IMG/VR virus record: IMGVR_UViG_3300044701_001189
Source of the DNA: an uncultured virus (IMG/VR IMGVR_UViG_3300044701_001189)
Taxonomy: Duplodnaviria; Heunggongvirae; Uroviricota; Caudoviricetes
DNA length: 20,000 nucleotides
Direction: 5' to 3' (one strand)
The stretch's first letter is position 1. Each line of letters opens with the position of its first letter. A program made the position numbers and the translations under genes. Below the pieces are notes generated by a model that saw nothing but the letters and a program-made list of their open reading frames with translations, searched no databases and was not told the origin of the DNA. Shown here one piece after another: positions 10,801-16,600 of the stretch.

Positions 10801-13674
10801 CAAAAAGCATATGATAAGAAAGGACACGACTTATATGTTGGTGCTCTTGATACTGAGATTATGCAGTTAAAAACGGCGCTCACTTTTAACGATTATACTT
10901 CTGCCCCTAGAAAAACTAAAACAGGAGACAATGTAAAAGATGCTGCTCCAGCATTCCAGGTAGCACACGTAGATCCTTTGAAGAATCTTACGAAGATTTT
11001 AACTGATGATCTGTCTACAATAGTAGATGGATTAGAAATTGATGACGATCAAAAAGCTAATCTTAAGATTGAAATTAGCACTTTGTTCTCAGAAAGAGCA
11101 TTCCAGCACAACACTTTTGCTGGAATGGTTCGTGCTAGAAAAAACAACAAGGAGGGTGCTGTAAACATCGGTTCAGCAGTAAAATCTTTGCTTGCGTGGA
11201 ATTATCTTCAGAAGCATGGTATTCAGGCAAAGGCTGATATTTATGTTGGTCTTCAAGGTAAGAATACGGTTTCTTATAATGACTATGGTAACTCTGTAGG
11301 TTCTGACGGTCAAAGAAAAGGATATATTATTTCTGCACTCGTTTCTGCAATGACAGATAACGCTAAAGAAAGACTCGCTGCAATCCTAGGTTTGAATCGT
11401 GATGCACTTGGTCATGTTGCCCATATGGTTGCTGTTGGTGTTTCTCTTAAAGAAGCGGTTCTCTTTATTAATCAACCTTTGATAAAGCGTTATTATAAAG
11501 AGCTAGAGCTTTCAAGAGATGAGTTTAGCAGAGAGCAAAAGAGCGGAGATCCTTTAGAGATTTTAAGAAAAGCTTTGACGGTTGGCGGCAAGCCTGCTTT
11601 TGAAACAACGGATCTTCTAAATGAAAGACTCAAAAAAGCTAAGCTTGGGTTTAATATTAGATCTTTGTCTGAAGCAATTGCTAAAGATTTAGAGGGAGGT
11701 TCAAACCTTGATTTTGATTTAGCTGTAGCTAAGCAGTTTATGAATTTGCAAGACTACACTAAACAGTTTATACGCATATCTAATATCTCAGGTCTTGTAA
11801 AAGGTATTGGAGACTCTACAGAACAAAGTTTTGATACTGTTTTTGAAGACTATGATGCTATAACTAAAGAAAGCGAGGGCAATATATACCCAGGAATGAA
11901 GGAAGTATTTGATTCTGATCCTTATATAGCAACTGCGATATCTATTCTTAATGACATGAAGGAGAAAGCAAGACAGGTTCTTGTAAGAAGAACTCCTAAA
12001 TTCATGAAGCTTAAGAAGAGTATTTTGGAATCAACAGCTGTAAAATCTTACAAGTTAGAGGAGTTCCGGAATAAGCTTACAAGAGACATGGTTTCTTACT
12101 TTGATATCCTAGCTTATAAAAACTATCTAAAAAATCAAGGTAGACTTCAAGAGATTGAGTATACTCTATCTAACAGTCTTCTTTTCTATAAAGAAGGCAT
12201 GCCTACTATTGTTGACTATGTAGAGAAACTTAAGGAGAAGTTTAAAGATCAAGGTCGTACAAACGAGTTTCTTGATAGGTTTATTCATGCATTCTCTGCA
12301 GACTCTGTAGCGAACAAGTCAGGTTTTGATTACATTGAAACAAACACTTGGTCTAAGATTGAACCTATTCAGCTTCAAAGATTGCAGGCAGCTTTTGTAG
12401 AGCTCTATAATGAAGATCCTATTTCAGCTACTGCTATTAGCAACTACATACTGGTTAAAGATGGTGGTCAGTTTAAGTCTGGCTCTATATCTAATGTTAT
12501 ACCTTTTGTTTTACAGGAAGAGTTCCATTTTGCTACTGAAGGCGTAAGAGCTCTTCTTGACAATGAAAGAGCTACGGATAAAGATTTTATGGAAGTCTTT
12601 GGTCAAAATGAGTTTAATCTTATGGACTCTTTTGTAAAGAATTACATGAAGCATGCTACAATTTCTAACAAGAACTACGGCGCTTCTCTTTACTTAAGAA
12701 AGATTCCTAAGTATAAAGATTCTGCAGATGCTGCTCCGGGTATTAGTGTTTCAGAAGACGGCACTATCAGCATTGACATCTTTACTGGTATGAGTAAAGG
12801 AGAAGTTATTAAGTATGAATCTGAAGGTGTAAGCTTTACTGAAAGAACTGGCCTTACAGAAGAGCAAAAGAATGATAATAAGGCAGTTATGAATAAGAAC
12901 TTCATGGAATTGTTGAAGATCGGATTTATACCTAATGCTGGAGAAGCAAGAGGATTCTTTGCACCCACAGCTCTTATGTACGATAACGAAGTTTACTATT
13001 TGGAAACTTCTGCCTTCAGTGGTAAAGTAAAACCACAGAGTAGTTTTGAATACTATCTTCCGCTTGGTACTAAGTTTACTTATAAGAAGGCGGATAGTGT
13101 TGGTACAGCTAAGACTACACCAATTGGTTTTGTCTTTGGTTCAGTTCCAACAACAACAGAGATTCTTGATATAAAGCGCGAGCGCCGTCAAGAAAGACAA
13201 GTAACAGCTAATCCTGTTGAGCAAAACTCTACAGAAACACCTCAACAGAAGCCTGTAGAAAAAACTCCAGAGTCTTCTGTACAAGGAAGTCCTAGAGATA
13301 TTCTTTCTCAAAATGGTGTAACGTTTGTTATTGATCCTGTAAACGGTATTACTTACTTTGATTCTCAAGGAAACACTATATCAAAGTATTCTGGTAAGAA
13401 ACCTGCTGAGGTTGCTGCTGACTTTAAAGTTGATGAAAACGTTGAAGAAGAGAACGGAACTTTGCCAAACTCTCCTACAAATGGTTTAACTTTAGAATTG
13501 AAGGATGTTCTAGATGACAAGGATTCGTTTATTGAATATGTTGTTGGACAGGGTGTTCCTAGAGAGAAAGCAGATCTTGTATGGAAAGGAGCTCAAATGA
13601 TGAAGAGTGCACCTTACGAGAAAAGAATGAAATTTGTACAAAGCTCTATAGAGAAAAATAAAACTTGCGAATAA
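118..13674 (+). CDS. Giant (4518 aa) virion-packaged protein: ejection-type N-terminus + zincin metallopeptidase + single-subunit two-barrel DNA-dependent RNA polymerase (crAss-like vRNAP)
   Basis: Uninterrupted ORF, ATG 118 to TAA 13672-13674. Catalytic GADFDIDK (DFDID = nt 10504-10518, aa 3463-3467) preceded by FGVRIPSQ (R at nt 10387). HEAFH at nt 6019-6033. EGIQEIGQE at nt 1513-1539. Confidence 0.93.
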   Translation: MADMTNSLGGPTSLTNAYGVSAPSGAEAGLERSLRMLEQFKGDNPQWFSTSGGFTNDPVKNIESLANKPFDLSQTYRAPGYQEPITFGKDVVNFDRYYSHPSFNKLGFNPLRDNETFYNENSHWTEDYARMGSQFGKLFGAGFVGTYETIGDIFQGENFSYSDDISKTYEKASNIGSSTRGGLVGFGNNLLLNSAYTFGIITDYFTTELALAGLTYLSGGTAAPVTGAAAVGKTAQFTKALGGVWDIYKASNSVKKVTNAIDAAQDVTKLKRFWQSTVSGLNPLENTMQFAKELAATEGQIYKMTNLAKTTRGFGAFYKDVKAASMTWSESKLEAGMVEQEVKDELTNKFIQTNGRAPVGQEMQDIEEKSYAAANTTALTNAPLIYATNEITFGTLFKGYTPLGDVAEIAGDGVLGRFTRKAAEKGKILYEKKPGAFKAAVNFAKKPSLKGATGYLTTYAAGNFSEGIQEIGQEIISAAAKDYYTHDVNDPGFASAASWSASLGRATKEQYSAQGLETFLSGFLMGGVVTPVTKGVYNVPNLISRVYDPKAYQEKKAEEAKRDQKILDSLNEVGNDVDSFYKSLAQAFGRARKIGNTAMEAGLNNEQLAQQHAKDAALFEKAHMLMRTGAMNEHIKYLSDLKKLSFQEIKEAIPQLSSRTEEETVAKLDKVINRMQELAKDFITIEKEVKNQYKPSLYQKGTPEYEAEVHSYHAVEEAKRQMLFYKHAIKRHFERNESIINEVKANPAVAKAAYSDFAVMFDEDSLLNEIEVLKKETLLTTEDAEQQAIINNKKERLAILQEMKEGIDKSKTTRKDGSVYTDRRKLNYIQPAYEKFLEHLAKTTGSTIDPQNARKTLSLIFDSKTLVSSAADLQGIYNILADPAGFRDAQVRISEVAKSLFEERKTQSQAIVDRVNLNEKQKSFIENLAKAGIVIAPEEIEAFLEKNIRPSKFYSIRSTDLITPEDPEYMIAMVALAAYYNQAKEQQKGNEGDTVAAETAASNAQKAETVSENLSEAVDNLDTYFQNAIYALYDSATRGQESAMSFQEWELTPAGENAIRAFTEIQEMYNAANTADSVAQWVEDNKGSSRLRDTLIKYNLNIGAVSGLLTDPNVFVNETRPAGYDLETTKGDNGLFILSTTVGTDEQATKVYYVVDNRSNFIGDKSFKTLDEAQAGKRELAEKYAAESQKFLFNGVAFYAGQVVNNGRGVTYKVLTTRKEAQKAIKDSETNPAIKPILRLQVVEDLNNAQRVGTVEEKTFVSGNQRLIPGQYKDFESNEQYKILDLWKYTKIYAARTEADLAEAAKTLDKATDDPEVRSLADKLAEKRVKELLENTPAEELLSRMGVKITKNNNWSEGYLTVDGKFNPHVKERKEKLAIGITLDGEVIGYSRSIQNVQFLDADGNTIPYYEAFKNSLILRRVFKYQGEGAAPIAELRSKANAAFYQAFRIYELANEALAGQNEVVLSPEETAKVFGSFVIGDGAYAFAEPNEVVTMDQLQYSQIEGGYYIIDRASTAKGGDARGTKKTGFVELTTLRGKAREAAKAKIDAALEASPNQLDNRGRYILAVEMPNGKVRFVSLKAPVVDEATQTGLLEGLATLAQDAVANVDNATYTNTEANKDIIDSKMYIALGAGQHAKLRVNASGQLTLQLADNLAMKGAFEINSSRDIVAEPFENMQDFVDHLNDLVSNNRDVIKNYKIKNIQFKTSSFRTSISQGAQAKQLVDLNMETDVKPEVVGNISFRVKPLSKEKPAVEESEKQEKAEQSGFGDIRAILEEKRKKAEAEQAAKTDTGAIDALSALGQQSANMAPPQEPATPTEGLVQRRAELNRSLQDIRNTVRKELLASGVPAAEVVAQRDSDSRVTSILTELAEIEAKLNAGSAKKVIRKPVKQYAEEDATKIDEFIDWVTKNLPRNISVQQVQTLQDNLHNGNITVGEFIMSITALGTNIPGIKGKIRVGASTPFKYHEAFHAVFRMLLTEEEISKYLSIAKKEVNEKLRSASGYKMAGLNRSYKTLKGALNALRKMDPMYEEMSEQELENTLYEEYLADQFEAWKKDIKVETSPTNKSLFARIVDIIVNLFTKGFKKNSYNNLFQEIENGKYSNADIQSNRFTDLIENGAPVIVALKTLVTGQDYITINGKLRRVNKYFAGDASMKLITGIAVAKFRMDTEASEFRNLSDEQKYDKIFADFESHYDYQDEAYVVRDDYEYIESILRDYNTVLVENRKELVEAAEEYLASLNYNAEEQEDSMELVEDDLGPKGAEDSSTENRKEKHTIGGMKSLSAWVRLYIQSTTVPQGAFGRPIAADSYAINVINGAQIYNGLLHVLEGTTKMEEQLSKLSSMLPLAYSSRPTATSLFVKKLFTDFNIQFDEDGTLLKDSINNPAKLMGILKAFQKFRVDYKFFSFDPQGGVIRVINANQRDDSKTQFEYWRSAFYSTVAYRGIEATYTDTKAALEDISTVVSEGVETDLDVFIELSDKLYNASGIYMEPMYLRYSTLSNSENRTPEDELFVRSITAEPLSLEGVNAIVNNLSKKEDPFTRDGETEEANDFSGSAGRIQKIAAGNTTFNDSIGATSFVNADNEIVYGHQIPTYELKRAREVREFAKPEVIGKEDEFVQNNMLLEMPEFLALLSDFGVSRVDGLKIQDLGLEEGEAYRKNTARNKSIEGTTYTRFNDSQFMHTLLAMYLSGSGNIMNKKKTYRDKSGLLKTVGTAFVNLGVIESTSTMDIAEMPVIPMVTLKGNKVVLSEQGVAAITRLIKSEYDNITAVQNQINGTEPYRVIDGYHTGDQRGLKFVDMLGILQNEELRTALETAAKEGTPFEQAVSENSIDASINEFFANVIDESFTIMREAGMLKADAVVGKAGIPYDIINGVTIQKKSDTSDGIIDEERSALLNLLARTEKNKTLPSSLILEHNLSQVIMNSFVMAQSANNLMYGHTGKLINPKSLSVAEISKEFVKRAKGRQAGGPTADSSLIDTQKGVMHPTESVDLLTLEDEEYLSLFTGTLQNPKFGEKTDAQMFLTTKTFRHFMFSFGKFDADLVDMIDAVERGEEISADRFFGNDNVKGHVQFKNSMISLKLAYFNTSGDAQAYIKTSAFVLSPRLTSINNEKAYPGREAIHNLRLKLENQQGATGLAAAAFNSASKGATTLNGFTTLSAASFVLQQENPSNKTKVTNMTQVAQTVESDVPDAIPVYHRGNKLSAGALKKRHSKLAAARLKEKYDEIVAEVFPKGQKTADIGKLADRIKDILIGIGASPKEIEMFSRDENGNLKANLNNVTIEDRFVQMYITFMVNNVFREKIPGHSLTLVSNYGFKVVKRATGKLDELGNPIGEVVRDAEIRRNPDKYSGLKDLTNILETGQSVSEGEFYVDELRHNVPVYNEQGEIIDRYTEVMIPPQTLEAAKYLKNGRIPEAVARLFGVRIPSQDKHSSVSIRVVDFLPVEYGSVMVSPHELIEISGADFDIDKVYAASANYFYNQNTREFEAYGDVTTSKDRFRHFVHYLFRYNAEFKKQYNEYLDQPLDSVEQFVAEVLTQENVKQRYIADVLKNMGLPSNEGEYQKAYDKKGHDLYVGALDTEIMQLKTALTFNDYTSAPRKTKTGDNVKDAAPAFQVAHVDPLKNLTKILTDDLSTIVDGLEIDDDQKANLKIEISTLFSERAFQHNTFAGMVRARKNNKEGAVNIGSAVKSLLAWNYLQKHGIQAKADIYVGLQGKNTVSYNDYGNSVGSDGQRKGYIISALVSAMTDNAKERLAAILGLNRDALGHVAHMVAVGVSLKEAVLFINQPLIKRYYKELELSRDEFSREQKSGDPLEILRKALTVGGKPAFETTDLLNERLKKAKLGFNIRSLSEAIAKDLEGGSNLDFDLAVAKQFMNLQDYTKQFIRISNISGLVKGIGDSTEQSFDTVFEDYDAITKESEGNIYPGMKEVFDSDPYIATAISILNDMKEKARQVLVRRTPKFMKLKKSILESTAVKSYKLEEFRNKLTRDMVSYFDILAYKNYLKNQGRLQEIEYTLSNSLLFYKEGMPTIVDYVEKLKEKFKDQGRTNEFLDRFIHAFSADSVANKSGFDYIETNTWSKIEPIQLQRLQAAFVELYNEDPISATAISNYILVKDGGQFKSGSISNVIPFVLQEEFHFATEGVRALLDNERATDKDFMEVFGQNEFNLMDSFVKNYMKHATISNKNYGASLYLRKIPKYKDSADAAPGISVSEDGTISIDIFTGMSKGEVIKYESEGVSFTERTGLTEEQKNDNKAVMNKNFMELLKIGFIPNAGEARGFFAPTALMYDNEVYYLETSAFSGKVKPQSSFEYYLPLGTKFTYKKADSVGTAKTTPIGFVFGSVPTTTEILDIKRERRQERQVTANPVEQNSTETPQQKPVEKTPESSVQGSPRDILSQNGVTFVIDPVNGITYFDSQGNTISKYSGKKPAEVAADFKVDENVEEENGTLPNSPTNGLTLELKDVLDDKDSFIEYVVGQGVPREKADLVWKGAQMMKSAPYEKRMKFVQSSIEKNKTCE
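5810..6430 (+). other. Domain: zincin-like metallopeptidase with intact HExxH
   Basis: FKYHEAFHAVFRML (H1968-H1972, nt 6019-6033), downstream LYEEYLADQF (EE at nt 6250-6255, candidate third Zn ligand), then the helix LFARIVDIIVNLF. This is the layout typical of zincins in phage polyvalent proteins. Confidence 0.8.
8995..11500 (+). other. Domain: RNA polymerase catalytic core (two double-psi beta-barrel regions in one chain)
   Basis: Ordered motifs KR (8998), TDAQ (9169-9180), SASKG (9547-9561), LQQENP (9610-9627), KIPG (10021), RIPSQ (10387-10401), DFDID (10504-10518) and MTDNAK (11350-11367). The R-x-P and DxDxD motifs are the firm evidence; the others are recognised by resemblance. Confidence 0.88.
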
Positions 13675-16600
13675 TGGCTGCAAAATGTTATAATACAAAT
13701 GATCCTGGTTTTCAGGAACTTATGAGAGTCTATAACAACTACTATGTTGTTTCAGCCATTGTTGACGAATATCAGAGTCGTACAAAAACTGATGACTTTC
13801 CCTCAACAATTCAAGCATCTACTATTATGCGGGATATTAAAGCTACTCCAACGAGTAGCTTACAAGATCCTGTAAGAGCAATTGAAAACAATCTTATTAA
13901 GAAAGGATTTGCTCATAGACTTAATGGTAAGCTTTTTATTACTCAGTCACCAAAAAACGCTAGACACACAATTGCTTCTGTTAGAGATAGAAATCTTAGA
14001 GCGGCAATTAACTATTTGCAAGCCAACAGGATTACTGAAGGTATGTATAGAGTTATACAGCATGCTAAATCAGTATCTATTCAAATACTTCCTGAAAGAG
14101 TAAAAGATTATATACCTCAAAGCGCAGCTGTAAACAATCTTAGCCCTCTTCTTAATCATCTTAAGAGCACTATACCAGGAGTAACAATAAAAATTGTAAG
14201 CCCTGCTGAAGCAAAGGCTATACACGATACTATTGCAGACTGGCAGAAAACAGACGTCAACTTTGATAATGTTAAAAGCTTCTATCATAAAGGCACTGCA
14301 TATCTAATTAGAGGTCGTGTAACAAATGAAATTGCTGTAGAAGAGGTGTTGCATCCTTTTGTATTTGCTTTAAGTGTAGAAAAGCCGGAGCTATTTCAAA
14401 AGCTTGTTGGTGATGCAGCAATTCATTTTCCTGCACTAGTACAGCAGATTAAGAATGCTTACCTGGGACTAAAGAATTTTGATGCTAGAGACATGGAGAT
14501 TGAACTTGTGTCACAGGTTTTATCTCGTGTAGTAAATAAGAAGTTTGAAGAGACAGGTACTCGAAAGGATCTTGTAGATTATATCAATAACTTCTATGAA
14601 TGGTTTATTGAAACGGTTAAAAAGTATCTTTCTGGTCTTGCTGGATATGCTACTATTGATCCAATTACCAAAGTAACTACAGTAAAGATTAAAGATCTTA
14701 ATCAGGATCTTTCTTTTAAAAAGCTTGCCGAAGGTATACTAACAGAAGCTTTAAGCTTTGATGTTGATATTACTCTTGACGATAAGGTTAGATACAATAT
14801 CCAAAAAGATCTGCGTCCTTATGTAGAGCAAGTTTATAAGAACGGTACACAACAGCAAAAAGATGTAATTGATACTGTAATCTTTAACAATCCTAATCAA
14901 GTTACCCTAGTAGATAAAACTCACACGTACTATGATCAAGACGGTGTAGAGTACACTTCGGTAACTACAAAGATGAAGGGCACTCTTCCTGCTGAAAAAG
15001 AGATTAAGAATTCACTTAACTTGCTGTTTGGTAATCAGATAGATGCTTTGGTTGAAAGCTTTACTTCAGGTAGGACATTTGAAGAAGCTAAAGAAGAAGC
15101 TCAAAAGATGATTGCAAAAACAAATGCAAGACGTCAAGACTTGGGTTTACCTGCGCTAACTGCTGATCAAGGTATATCTGATGACTTGCTGGAAAAAATC
15201 TACAATGAGCTTGTCAAAGTATTTGCGGATGAAGAAAACGGCTTCCAGGATAATGCTATTATTATTCCTCAGGTAATAGTTTCTGATCCTACATCTATGG
15301 TAGCTGGTTCGGTTGACCTCCTTGTAATTAATCCTGACGGTACTGCAGAAGTTGTAGACATTAAAGCGTCAAAGAATAGCATTAACAAGAAGTTTGTTAC
15401 TGACTCCGGAGTGGAGGTATCATCTTATAATACATCGTATGTTCAAACAGATGGTGCATTTAAAGGACAGAAGCTCTCTACTAAAGCCCAACATGCTATT
15501 CAAGTAGGATCATATGCAGAGATGCTCTATGCTCTGGGTGTAAATGTTGTTAGGACTAGAACAATGCACGTAAATGTTATTGTTCCTGAGGGTCAAACAG
15601 GTGATAATCAAACAGTTACTGATCTTGTTTTTGAAGGATCTGTAGATCATTCTGTATCAGGTAATAGGGAGCACATTGCAAAGATTGTTACTGTAACTGA
15701 TAACGTAAGAACAAAGGATGAAGCGGAACCAATCGGATCTTCTCAAACAAAATCAGAGTCAACCGCTAGAGAAGAAGCGACTAAAGAAGCTGAAGACAAC
15801 AAAGACAATCCTGGATTAGTAGTTGAACTCAATAATATTCTGGGAGAACTACAACTTAGAAAAGGCCAGCTTGAAAGAATGCTGAGTCAAAAGAAAGGTT
15901 TCTCCTCACAGGCGGGAAAAAGTAAGAGAGAACAGTCTATTGTAAAGCTTACAGTTCTTATGAATGCTGTTAGGCAAGACATTGAAGACTACGCTCTTCT
16001 TAATGGTACTCAGTTAAACGCAGCTGTTGGTAGACTTACTGAGTTTGCTATTCAAGACTTGGAGTCTTTTGAGAAGTATGCTAGTAATCCTAATAACTAT
16101 GGAAAGCCGGAGTTTGCTAGTATTATCCTTAGTTATTCAAAGTTCTTAGAAACCTACACGGGTGTTGAGAATCTTATATCAAAGGTTAATAGCACAAACC
16201 AAAAAAGACTTATTGAACTTAAGGCTGCACTAGATTCTGCAGGAACATTGCTTGACAAATCTTTTACAGAGTTTGCGGCTGCATTCGTTACTAACAATAC
16301 TCTAAATACAGATCTAACGGAATCAGATATCCGAGCAATGCTGGAAAAAACTGTAGACATCAATAAAGCAGATGCTTTACTTGAATCTATGGCTGCTTCT
16401 TCTGATACTGTTCTTGCTCTTATAGATAAGATCTATAAGGCCCAGAAAGCGAAGCTGATGTTTGAGAACGACCTGTTTGTTCAAGAAGCTAATGAAAAAG
16501 GCAACGCTCTTTTAGCTGCAAGTAAAGCAGCTGGTATTAAGGACACTGATGCTTATATGTTTATGTTTAGTAAAAACCAGGACGGTAAACTAAACGGTAG

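Noticed and set aside
8995..11500. Intein or self-splicing intron in the RNAP
   Set aside because: The frame is unbroken, there is no internal Cys, and I see no intein-type HN-[C/S/T] end paired with LAGLIDADG or HNH motifs. HNT at ~11107 lacks any supporting intein context.
13665..13673. TTG start for ORF2 given by the ORF track
   Set aside because: The in-frame ATG three codons later forms a classic TAATG overlap and is more plausible.
13650..13676. Programmed frameshift fusing ORF1 and ORF2 into one ~6,300-aa protein
   Set aside because: The ORF2 frame has a TAA at 13659-13661, leaving only a few codons of overlap, and there is no canonical slippery heptamer after it. Translational coupling explains the junction.
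14915..15665. Cas4/CRISPR association of the nuclease
   Set aside because: It lacks the Fe-S cysteines, and there are no cas genes or repeat-spacer array in the window.
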